Source: Rhodoferax lithotrophicus
Lineage (GTDB): Bacteria > Pseudomonadota > Gammaproteobacteria > Burkholderiales > Burkholderiaceae_C
NCBI RefSeq assembly: GCF_019973615.1
Contig: NZ_AP024238.1
Location: 2,717,989-2,749,988, forward strand
Length of the DNA: 32,000 bases
Direction: 5' to 3'
Every line of letters begins with the position of its first letter. Position 1 is the stretch's first letter. The position numbers were made by a program, and so were the translations under genes. Shown piece by piece: positions 24,460-32,000 of the stretch. The notes beneath the pieces were generated by a model. The model was given only the letters and a program-made list of their open reading frames with translations, was not told the origin of the DNA and made no database searches.

Positions 24460-26085
24460 ATGACTTTTCCGAAATCAAAGCGCACATTCACCTTCAAGCG
24501 CACCGCGCTGTGCGCCCTGGCACTGCCCGCATTGCTGGCCATGGGCCAAGTCGGTGCCAAAACATTGGTGTATTGCTCGGAAGGCAGTCCGGAAAACTTC
24601 TACCCAGGCATCAACACCACAGGAACTTCGTTTGATGCCAACATCCAGATTTATGACACCCCGGTGCAGTTCGAGCGCGGCGGCACCAAGGTCTTGCCAG
24701 CACTGGCCTCCAGCTGGGACATTTCCAAAGATGGTACGGAATACACCTTCCACTTGCGCAAAGGCGTGAAATGGCAGTCCAACAAGAATTTCAAACCCTC
24801 GCGTGACTTCAACGCTGATGACTTCATCTTCTCGATTGAGCGTCAGTGGAAAAAAGAAGACCCTTACTTCAAGGTCACCAGTTCCAACCACTCTTACTTT
24901 GACGACATGGCCATGCCCAAGTTGCTCAAGTCAGTCGATAAAGTGGATGAATACACCGTCAAGATCACGCTGAATGCCCCAGAAGCACCCTTCCTGGCCA
25001 ACATGGCCATGCCACACAATGGCGTGCAGTCCAAAGAGTACGCCATTGCCATGTTGAAAGCTGGCACGCCCGAGAAGCTGGACCAGGAACCCGTTGGCAC
25101 TGGCCCCTTCTCGCTGGTGCAATACCAGAAAGATGCCATCATCCGCTACAAAGCGTTCCCGCAATACTGGGCCGGCAAAGCCAAAATTGACGACCTGGTG
25201 TTTGCCATCACGCCGGATGCCTCGGTGCGCTGGGCCAAGTTGCAAAAGGGTGAATGCCATGTCATGCCCTACCCTAATCCGGCCGACGTGCCCGCCATGC
25301 GCAAAGACGACAAAGTCACCGTGCTGGAACAACCTGGCCTGAATGTGGGTTACTTGGCCTACAACACCACCAAAAAACCCTTTGACGATGTGCGCGTGCG
25401 CAAAGCGGTGAACATGGCGATCAACAAAAAAGCCATTGTGGATGCGGTCTATCTGGGCACTGGCGTACCCGCCACCAACCCGATTCCACCCACCATGTGG
25501 TCTTACAACAAGACGGTGAAAGACGACGCCTATGATGTGGCGGCCGCCAAAAAACTGCTGGCCGAGGCTGGATTGGCCAACGGCTTCACGACCGACCTGT
25601 GGGCCATGCCGGTGCAACGCCCGTACAACCCCAACGCCAAACGTATTGCCGAGCTGATGCAGGCGGACTTGGCCAAGGTGGGCATCAAGGCCGAGATCAA
25701 GAGCTACGAGTGGGGCGAATACCGCAAGCGCATGCAAAACGGCGAACACCAGATGGGCATGCTGGGCTGGACCGGTGACAACGGGGACCCGGACAACTTC
25801 CTGAACACGCTGCTGGGCTGTGCTTCTGCCAAGTCCAACGGCTCCAACGTGGCCAAATTCTGCTATCAGCCGTTTGAAGACCTGATCCAGAAAGCCAAGG
25901 TCACCTCCAACCAGGCGGAGCGCACCAAACTTTACGAAAAAGCCCAGGTGATTTTCAAGGAGCAAGCACCCTGGTTCACCATTGCCCATGCGGTGGCTTT
26001 AAAACCAGTGCGCAAAGAAGTGGTTGACTTCAAGATCAGCCCGTTTGGCTCTCACGTGTTTTATGGCGTGGATTTGACCAAATAA
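24460..26085 (+). CDS. dppA: periplasmic dipeptide-binding protein DppA (SBP family 5)
   Basis: 541 aa. Signal peptide ending ...GQVGA. Near-colinear with E. coli DppA: [69 protein letters not shown]. Confidence 0.92.
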   Translation: MTFPKSKRTFTFKRTALCALALPALLAMGQVGAKTLVYCSEGSPENFYPGINTTGTSFDANIQIYDTPVQFERGGTKVLPALASSWDISKDGTEYTFHLRKGVKWQSNKNFKPSRDFNADDFIFSIERQWKKEDPYFKVTSSNHSYFDDMAMPKLLKSVDKVDEYTVKITLNAPEAPFLANMAMPHNGVQSKEYAIAMLKAGTPEKLDQEPVGTGPFSLVQYQKDAIIRYKAFPQYWAGKAKIDDLVFAITPDASVRWAKLQKGECHVMPYPNPADVPAMRKDDKVTVLEQPGLNVGYLAYNTTKKPFDDVRVRKAVNMAINKKAIVDAVYLGTGVPATNPIPPTMWSYNKTVKDDAYDVAAAKKLLAEAGLANGFTTDLWAMPVQRPYNPNAKRIAELMQADLAKVGIKAEIKSYEWGEYRKRMQNGEHQMGMLGWTGDNGDPDNFLNTLLGCASAKSNGSNVAKFCYQPFEDLIQKAKVTSNQAERTKLYEKAQVIFKEQAPWFTIAHAVALKPVRKEVVDFKISPFGSHVFYGVDLTK

Positions 26086-26102
26086 ACAAGTTTGAATCCC
26101 AG

Positions 26103-26131
26103 AAAAAAGGCCAGCGCAAGCTGGCTTTTTT
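26103..26131 (+). terminator. rho-independent terminator after dppA
   Basis: A6-G-GCCAGC-GCAA-GCTGGC-T6. The A-run makes it potentially bidirectional. Confidence 0.88.
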
Positions 26132-26144
26132 ATATGCAAAATTA

Positions 26145-26181
26145 GGCTCTAGCGCTTATCAATCAAGCGTGAAAAGCTCTT
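26145..26181 (+). repeat. REP-like intergenic repeat, copy A
   Basis: GGCTCTAGCGCTTATCAATCAAGCGTGAAAAGCTCTT, with the internal hairpin CGCTT-ATCAATC-AAGCG. About two-thirds identical by eye to the reverse complement of 30140-30177, sharing GGCT..TAG.GC...AAGCGTGA..AGCT.TT. Confidence 0.5.
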
Positions 26182-26199
26182 AATTAAATAGCTAAAAAT

Positions 26200-27963
26200 T
26201 TACCGGCAATCTTCTTCCCGCGCCAACGCTGCCTGGGTAATGGCATTCAACGTGCCGCGGGTGCTGATCACTTGCGGGTCCAACATGATCTCAATCAGGG
26301 TACCTTCCGGTCGGGCTATGGCTGCCAGCAACGCTGGCTCAAACTCTTCGGTGCGGGTGATGCGCACACCGGCATAACCATAGGCCTGTGCCAGAGCCGC
26401 AAAATGGGGGTTAGCCAGCTGGGTGCCGGACACATGCTGCGGGTACTCGCGCTCCTGGTGCATACGAATGGTGCCAAACATACCGTTGTTGAGCAGCACG
26501 ATGATGGTCTTGGCGGCGTACTGCACGGCAGTGGCCAACTCTTGCCCGTTCATCAGAAAGTCACCATCCCCAGCCATCGTGAACACCAATCGACCCGTGG
26601 TAATGGCCGCCGCAATACCTGCGGGCACGCCATAACCCATGGCCCCATTGGTTGGCGCCAACTGGGTCTTCACGCCTTTGGCCAAACCCTGATAACGCCA
26701 GAACCGGTGTACCCAGCTGGCAAAGTTACCTGCACCATTGGTCACCACCGTGTCCGCTGGCAAATGTTGTTGCAGCATTGCCACCACAGCAGGCATGTTG
26801 ACCAGGCCATGCGAACTATCTTGCGGCAGGTCAGCGATCAGGGTGGGCAGCAGATTGGCCAGATAGTCGGCATGGCAGGCTTGCGCCCAGGCGGCCCAGG
26901 GCAACACATCGGGCGGCAGCAACTCGGCCAGGGACAAAGCCGCTTGTGCCGGGCTGGCATGAATGGCCAGATGCGCCTGATAAACCCGGTTCAACTCTTC
27001 GGCACTGGCGTGGATGTGCACCAGGGTTTGTTTTGGACAGGGTGCCTCTATCAACGTGTAGCCCCCCGTGGTCATCTCGCCCAGGCGCGGACCCAGCGCC
27101 AGAATCAAATCGCTAGCCTTGATACGAGCGGCCAGTTGGGGGTTGATGCCAATACCCACGTCACCGGCGTACAGCGGGTGCTGGTTGTCAAACGTATCCT
27201 GAAAGCGGAATGCATTACCCACCGGCAATTGCCAATGTTCGGCAAACTTCTGCAAGGCAAGCGCGGCCTCAGGTGTCCAGTCGCTGCCACCGGCAATGAC
27301 CATAGGACGCTGCGCTTTTAAGAGCTGCTCACGCACATCTGATAAGGGCTTGAGGCCTAAATGACTCTCAACTTTGGCCACATAAGGCAAAGCTTGTGGC
27401 CATACACCGCTGGTTGAATGCTGTTTCAGGGATTGCGTCAGCATGTCTTCAGGCAACACCAGCACCACCGGCCCGGGGCGGCCATTCATGGCGGTGGCAA
27501 AAGCCCGTGCCACGTACTCGGGAATGCGAGCCACATCATCAATGCGCTCCACCCGCTTGGCAAACCCTTTGGTGCTGGGGCCCAAAAAGCTCAGGTAATC
27601 CACCTCCTGAAACGCCTCGCGGTCGCGGGTGTCGCTGGCCACATCACCCACAAACAGGATCATCGGGGTAGAGTCCTGAAACGCGGTATGTACACCAATC
27701 GACGCATTGGTGGCCCCCGGCCCGCGCGTCACAAAACAAATGCCGGGCCGCCGGGTGAGCTTGCCATGGGCTTCGGCCATGAACGCCGCGCCACCCTCCT
27801 GCCGGTTAATGATGAACTGGATCTGCTCGCGGTACAGGTGAAAGCCGTCGAGCACCGCCAGATAACTCTCACCGGGCACACCAAAGACATGGGTCACACC
27901 TTGTTCGACCAAACACTGCACCAGCAGGTGGCCACCAATTTGGGGGGAAATGGAAGTCTTCAT
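26200..27963 (-). CDS. thiamine-pyrophosphate-dependent enzyme, acetolactate synthase large-subunit-like
   Basis: 587 aa from ATG 27963 (the track ORF uses TTG 27978). Pyr-domain motifs GVPGESYLAVLDG, RQEGGAAFMAEAHGKLT and GPGATNA. C-terminal TPP motif GDGDFLMNGQELATAVQY...LLNNG. Confidence 0.85.
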   Translation of the reverse strand: MKTSISPQIGGHLLVQCLVEQGVTHVFGVPGESYLAVLDGFHLYREQIQFIINRQEGGAAFMAEAHGKLTRRPGICFVTRGPGATNASIGVHTAFQDSTPMILFVGDVASDTRDREAFQEVDYLSFLGPSTKGFAKRVERIDDVARIPEYVARAFATAMNGRPGPVVLVLPEDMLTQSLKQHSTSGVWPQALPYVAKVESHLGLKPLSDVREQLLKAQRPMVIAGGSDWTPEAALALQKFAEHWQLPVGNAFRFQDTFDNQHPLYAGDVGIGINPQLAARIKASDLILALGPRLGEMTTGGYTLIEAPCPKQTLVHIHASAEELNRVYQAHLAIHASPAQAALSLAELLPPDVLPWAAWAQACHADYLANLLPTLIADLPQDSSHGLVNMPAVVAMLQQHLPADTVVTNGAGNFASWVHRFWRYQGLAKGVKTQLAPTNGAMGYGVPAGIAAAITTGRLVFTMAGDGDFLMNGQELATAVQYAAKTIIVLLNNGMFGTIRMHQEREYPQHVSGTQLANPHFAALAQAYGYAGVRITRTEEFEPALLAAIARPEGTLIEIMLDPQVISTRGTLNAITQAALAREEDCR

Positions 27964-28016
27964 GAGCGCATTGTGCAATGAAAGCCTGGGAGCAAAAACT
28001 GACAGGTTACTTGGTA

Positions 28017-29249
28017 TCAGCCCACCTTGACAGCCTGCCGCCCGGTGCGCTGCCCCACCCCCAGCGCAGCCACCACACTGAGCAGCAAGACCGCTGCGGC
28101 CCCTATCAGCGTGGCGCTGTACCAGCCCCGATCCATGAACGCGCCAAACACCAGCGGCGAAATGGCAAAACCGGTGTCCAGCCCCGAATACACCAGCCCA
28201 TACACCCGCCCGGTAGCCCCTTTGGGGGTGGCCTTTTTGATCATCATGTCACGCGACGGCCCGCCAATACCCACGGCGAAACCGGTGGCCGCCAGCACCA
28301 CCATGGTCAACGTGGCCCCAAACAAGCCGGTGCCACACAAGGCCAGCAACAGCGCCGCAGCTGACATGGCCATCGCCACCACACGGTCACTGTGGCGTGA
28401 ATAGGCGGCGACAAAACCACCCACAAACATGCCCAGCGCACCACACAACATGTAGGCCGTGAGTGTCAACGTGGCCGCCTCAAAGCTGATGCCATGCATG
28501 GCCTTCAGGATCGACACCGAGAAACTCTGAATCACCGCCAGGGTCATGGTCGAGAGCAAAAAGAAGGCAAAACACCACCACACCACCGGCAGCTTCATGA
28601 ACGCCAGACTGTGTTCAACAGGCGCATCCGGGTGGTGCGCCACGATCTGGGTGCTGAGCTTGTCGCGGTTGAGTAGCAACACCACCAGCACCAGCCCATA
28701 CAAAGCCGCAGCCCCCAGGTAAGCGGTGCGCCAGTTGCTCAGCGCCGTGAGTGTGGCAAAAAACACGGGGGCCGCCGCCCAGCCCAAATTACCGGTCAAA
28801 CCATGTGCGCTGAATGCATGCCCCAGTCGCGGTGCGGACACCCGCTGATTCAAAATGGTGAAGTCCACCGGGTGAAAGGTGGCATTGGCCAAGCCCGCCA
28901 GCGCTGCAACCACCATCAAACCGCTGTAATCGGTAACACTGGAAGCCAGAAGTGCAGCGGCGGCAAACAGACTGATGGCCATAAACAGCAAAGGCCGCGC
29001 ACCCAGCTTGTCTACCACAAACCCGGCACTGGCTTGCCCCAGGCCGGACACCACAAAAAACACGCTCATGAGTGCCCCCAACTGAGAAAAGCTCAGGCCA
29101 AACTCTTTCATGAACACCGGAAACAGCGGCGGCAATAACAAATGGCCAAAGTGCGAAGCGGCATGTGCCATGCCGACCAGGGCAATGATGCTGGCATCTT
29201 GCTGAAGCGGCACCGAAGCCGCAGAAGGATGAAGGGTGGTACTTGTCAT
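28017..29249 (-). CDS. MFS transporter
   Basis: 410 aa, polytopic. MFS loop motif GFVVDKLGARPLL after the second helix. The stop lies 53 nt before the TPP-enzyme start, which suggests an operon. Confidence 0.85.
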   Translation of the reverse strand: MTSTTLHPSAASVPLQQDASIIALVGMAHAASHFGHLLLPPLFPVFMKEFGLSFSQLGALMSVFFVVSGLGQASAGFVVDKLGARPLLFMAISLFAAAALLASSVTDYSGLMVVAALAGLANATFHPVDFTILNQRVSAPRLGHAFSAHGLTGNLGWAAAPVFFATLTALSNWRTAYLGAAALYGLVLVVLLLNRDKLSTQIVAHHPDAPVEHSLAFMKLPVVWWCFAFFLLSTMTLAVIQSFSVSILKAMHGISFEAATLTLTAYMLCGALGMFVGGFVAAYSRHSDRVVAMAMSAAALLLALCGTGLFGATLTMVVLAATGFAVGIGGPSRDMMIKKATPKGATGRVYGLVYSGLDTGFAISPLVFGAFMDRGWYSATLIGAAAVLLLSVVAALGVGQRTGRQAVKVG

Positions 29250-29319
29250 GCTTCAATGGTAGAGGCAGCTGCGGTATGCAGAAATACGGCAAAAAGACAA
29301 TAATCGTCGAATTCCCGCC

Positions 29320-30144
29320 ATGAAACGCAAAACCGCCCTCACCCCGGTGTCGTTTGACACCTCCGCCAACCGCCCGCCCAGTGCCGCACGACCGGTGCGT
29401 AGCCGCGCCAGATCACTGGCCATGGATGCCCACATTGAACCCCACCAACACCCCTGGTCACAGTTCACCTACTGCGCCAGCGGCTTGATGCAGGTCACCG
29501 TGACGCAAGGCGAAGTGCAAACCACCTTCATCGTGCCATCTACCCGCGCAGTCTGGCTACCGCCGCATGTGCAACACAACGTGGTGGTGCTCGAAGCTGC
29601 TGAATTACGCACCGTGGACATTGCACCCGCCGTGCTGCCACCCGACTGGATCGAGTGCCGCGTGCTGGTGGTGAGCAAGCTGCTGCGTGAGTTGATCCAC
29701 GCGCTGGAAGGCTCCGAAGTGGGCCCCCGGGAAGATGCCCTCATGGCGCTGGCCATGGATGAAATCACCCGCGCCGACACCCAGGCACTGGGTGTACCCA
29801 TGCCCCACCCGGAGCATGGTGACAAGCGATTGCGCACCCTGTGTGAAGCGGTGCTGCGCAACCCGGCAGAAAAATCGCAGCTGCGCGATTGGGGCAAGCA
29901 AGTGGGTGCCAGCGAGCGTACCGTGGCGCGCCTGTTCCGCGATGAGCTGGACACCACCTTCCAGCAATGGCGACTGCAAGCCGTGCTGGCCCATGCCCTG
30001 CCCCAACTGACCCGCGGCCTCTCCATCGCCCAGGTGGCTGCCGCCAGTGGTTACGCCAGTGACAGTGCCTTCAGCGCCATGTTCAAACAAGCCATGGGCA
30101 AGGCTCCGAGTCATTTTCAACGCAAAAAACTATCAAATAAATAG
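29320..30144 (+). CDS. AraC-family transcriptional regulator (cupin-type sensor + HTH_18)
   Basis: 274 aa. C-terminal dual HTH (LRDWGKQVGASERTVARLFRDEL... and IAQVAAASGYASDSAFSAMFKQAMGKAPSHF). Divergent from the MFS gene with a 70-bp spacer. Confidence 0.88.
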   Translation: MKRKTALTPVSFDTSANRPPSAARPVRSRARSLAMDAHIEPHQHPWSQFTYCASGLMQVTVTQGEVQTTFIVPSTRAVWLPPHVQHNVVVLEAAELRTVDIAPAVLPPDWIECRVLVVSKLLRELIHALEGSEVGPREDALMALAMDEITRADTQALGVPMPHPEHGDKRLRTLCEAVLRNPAEKSQLRDWGKQVGASERTVARLFRDELDTTFQQWRLQAVLAHALPQLTRGLSIAQVAAASGYASDSAFSAMFKQAMGKAPSHFQRKKLSNK

Positions 30145-30177
30145 CTGCTCACGCTTATTTTGCTTGCTCTACAAGCC
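30140..30177 (-). repeat. REP-like intergenic repeat, copy B (inverted relative to copy A)
   Basis: AATAGCTGCTCACGCTTATTTTGCTTGCTCTACAAGCC. It fills almost the whole 49-bp spacer between the convergent araC-like and tetR-like stops, and overlaps the araC-like TAG. Confidence 0.5.
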
Positions 30178-30193
30178 ATTTTTATGAAATAAC

Positions 30194-30880
30194 TTAATGG
30201 CCCGGCGCTTCAGCTGGGTTTAACAACATGCCACGCATCAAATGGATCAACTCTGTCTCCAGCGATGTTTGGTGCAGCAAAGACGTGTTTTCCACCACAC
30301 CGTAACGAATGGCACCAAGCAATGCACGTGTAATGACAAACTGGCCCGCCGGAGTCAGGGATCGAACCCCATCCACAGGCAAAACTGCCAGCTTTTGCCC
30401 CAAAAAGTCTGCAATTTCAGTAATACGGCGATGAAACTCAGGGAACGCGCCATGATCCATCACCGCCTGCATTAACAGAAACTGAACCCGTTGCCGTCCG
30501 CCAAAGGCATTGATCCAAGCGTGAATGGTGGCACGCAAGGTTTCGTCCAGTGAACGCACTGCCGCCTGATCCATGGCTTCCCGAGTGGTCTGCGCCACGT
30601 CCTCCAGCTCATGCATGGCCATGGCCAGCAGCAGACTTTCTTTGTTATTGAAGTACTGGTAGACCGTGCCTACCGCATACCCCGCCTGCTCAGCGATCCG
30701 GTTGGTCGTCAGGCCTGCCAAGCCCTCAGACTCCATGATCTGTGCGGCTGCTTCAAACAAAATTTGAATGGTCAGTGCTGCACGGTGCTGGTTGGGGGCT
30801 TTTCGCAACTGTGCCGATGTACGTTCCCCCTCAGGAGTGGGCTTGTTATGGCGTAAGTGGCGCGTGGGTTTGTCCGTCAT
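30194..30880 (-). CDS. TetR-family transcriptional regulator
   Basis: 228 aa from ATG 30880 (the track ORF uses TTG 30907). HTH LTTNRIAEQAGYAVGTVYQYFNNKESLL. Confidence 0.85.
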   Translation of the reverse strand: MTDKPTRHLRHNKPTPEGERTSAQLRKAPNQHRAALTIQILFEAAAQIMESEGLAGLTTNRIAEQAGYAVGTVYQYFNNKESLLLAMAMHELEDVAQTTREAMDQAAVRSLDETLRATIHAWINAFGGRQRVQFLLMQAVMDHGAFPEFHRRITEIADFLGQKLAVLPVDGVRSLTPAGQFVITRALLGAIRYGVVENTSLLHQTSLETELIHLMRGMLLNPAEAPGH

Positions 30881-31145
30881 GAAAACTGAAACTCTCTGAT
30901 CAATCAAGTTGAATTTTGCACTTTAGCAACACATGGACACTCAGGTATTTTGTCAGTTGCGGAGGGATAACCTGGCTTCACCCCACGTACAGAGGTGAAT
31001 TTTGGGTTCATCATCCAGCACACGGTGGCTCATTTTTCAATCGCGTCAAAACTGAGCACCATCATCAGGGTTTACCCTTATTCTTGGGATCAACTATTAC
31101 TCTTGATGCAAAAAGGTCTTCATAGCCTGATACATCCCGATTGCC

Positions 31146-32000
31146 ATGGTGTCGCTAAATGTTCCTTATCTGAATCATCGGAGTCGTGCCACATGGATTC
31201 CGCGCATGTTCATGTTGCTCAGCCTCACGGCTTTTACCGTAGGTGGAAACGCGGAAACCCTTGAACAGGCGTTTGACACCGCCCTGCAACAAGATGCCCG
31301 ACTATCAGCCAGCCACCACCAGGTGGCAGCAGCCGAATTCGGGCTGGCTGCGGCCCAAGGGCAGGCAAAACCCCAAATGTCGGTAGAGGCGCTGTACAAC
31401 CGGTTTTCTGATGAACCATCTTTTAGGGTGCACATATCCCCCTTGCCAGCCACAGTACTACCGTTTGCCCAGGCGGAAAGTACGCTGTTGCATGCGGGTG
31501 TAACCCTGCCCTTGTATACCGGTGGCAGGCTTACCAACGCTGCCAAAGCCGCAGATGCACAACTGTCTGCCGCACACACCGATGTGGAGCGCACCCGTCA
31601 GGACATCAAGCTCAGTGTGGCCGAAGCTTATGTCGGCGTGTTGCGCGCACAGCGCTTGCTGGAGTTGGCTGACAGCGGCGTGGTCACGCTGACGGCTCAC
31701 CTGCGTGATGTGAATGCGTTTCTTGAACATGGTCTGGTGGCACGCAGTGATGCCCTTGCCGCCCGCACCGCAGAGGCTTCAGCCAGGCAAGACCAGATGC
31801 GTGCGGCTACCGCCCTGGAGATTGCTCAGGCCCATTACAACCGCTTGCTTGGACGGCCAATGACAACACCTGTGGTGATTGACGATTTGGCGCAGCCCGC
31901 CGTCCACACCGCCAGCGCCCCCCAGGCACCGGGCACTCCAGCACCGCGTGCGGAGCTGGTCGGACTGGCGCACCAAGCTGATGCGTTGATGTTTCAGTCG
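31146..32000 (+). CDS. TolC-family outer membrane efflux protein, 5' part (open at the right window edge)
   Basis: Not in the supplied track because there is no stop. The frame is open from 31131 to 32000. Start ATG 31146 (alternatives 31206 and 31212). Signal-like MFMLLSLTAFTVGGNA, then ETLEQAFDTALQQDARLSA...LPLYTGGRLTNAAKAADAQL...RTRQDIKLSVAEAYVGVLRAQRLLELAD, which is typical of OEP/TolC. Confidence 0.8.
   Translation, partial: MVSLNVPYLNHRSRATWIPRMFMLLSLTAFTVGGNAETLEQAFDTALQQDARLSASHHQVAAAEFGLAAAQGQAKPQMSVEALYNRFSDEPSFRVHISPLPATVLPFAQAESTLLHAGVTLPLYTGGRLTNAAKAADAQLSAAHTDVERTRQDIKLSVAEAYVGVLRAQRLLELADSGVVTLTAHLRDVNAFLEHGLVARSDALAARTAEASARQDQMRAATALEIAQAHYNRLLGRPMTTPVVIDDLAQPAVHTASAPQAPGTPAPRAELVGLAHQADALMFQS

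Noticed and set aside
24931-25989. 352-aa ORF on the minus strand inside dppA
   Set aside because: It is antisense to an unambiguous DppA homologue. The translation is Gly/Val/His-rich low-information sequence, typical of shadow frames in GC-rich genes.
26272-27321. 349-aa ORF on the plus strand inside the TPP-enzyme gene
   Set aside because: It is antisense to a gene with clear TPP motifs, and its own translation has no recognisable motifs.
29469-30120. 185- and 171-aa minus-strand ORFs inside the AraC-family gene
   Set aside because: They are antisense shadows. The plus frame has the canonical AraC dual HTH.
30984-30994. ACGTACAGA, matching 9 of 11 nt of the E. coli cspA cold-box (TGACGTACAGA, from memory), in the TetR/TolC spacer
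   Set aside because: It is a single short match in an unrelated context (an efflux regulator spacer, not the ice-binding-like gene leader), which is consistent with chance.
31175-31976. Minus-strand ORFs (139, 90, 65 aa) at the right edge
   Set aside because: They are antisense to the open TolC-family frame, which shows typical OEP sequence throughout.
1-32000. Search for CRISPR arrays, IS elements/transposases, integrases, prophage genes, toxin-antitoxin pairs or known defence-system genes
   Set aside because: I saw no regularly spaced direct repeats, no transposase/integrase/nuclease/helicase-like ORFs and no terminal inverted repeats. The tRNA pair has no adjacent integrase and no duplicated tRNA 3' end that I could see.

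Overview
This is a 32-kb chromosomal segment that looks betaproteobacterial. That is an inference from gene content: yggX-mnmC, an Ala/Lys/Pro-tailed SWIB protein, dppBCDF-dppA, and a short REP-like intergenic element that I associate from memory with Comamonadaceae/Burkholderiales. I can support about 31 protein genes, 2 tRNAs, several intrinsic terminators and one small intergenic repeat family. Layout, left to right: (1) housekeeping block 265-5662 (yggX, mnmC, rpiA, pyrD, FAD oxidoreductase); (2) about 1 kb of AT-rich non-coding DNA holding divergent tRNA-Val(CAC) and tRNA-Asn(GTT) (6323-6753); (3) a small lipoprotein plus a VanZ-like gene; (4) a GC-rich two-gene surface module at 7920-11017, made of a lipoprotein with three Ig-like repeats and a C-terminal DUF3494 ice-binding-type domain, followed by an OmpA-family anchor; (5) an orphan 831-aa soluble protein with two tandem sensor-like modules fused to a CheW domain (11312-13807); (6) a low-GC stretch with a small membrane ORF, a TlpA-like redoxin and an unassigned ORF (13.9-15.6 kb); (7) an agmatinase-family / PuuB-like oxidase / FmdB zinc-ribbon operon; (8) an EamA transporter, rraA and the H1-tailed SWIB protein; (9) dppBCDF-dppA; (10) a TPP-enzyme/MFS operon with a divergent AraC regulator; (11) a TetR regulator divergent from a TolC-family gene that runs off the right edge. 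I saw no CRISPR array, IS/transposase, integrase, phage genes or recognisable defence genes. The best candidates for something new are the ice-binding-like lipoprotein/OmpA pair and the double-sensor-CheW fusion. All family calls rest on by-eye motif recognition and need HMM or structure confirmation.
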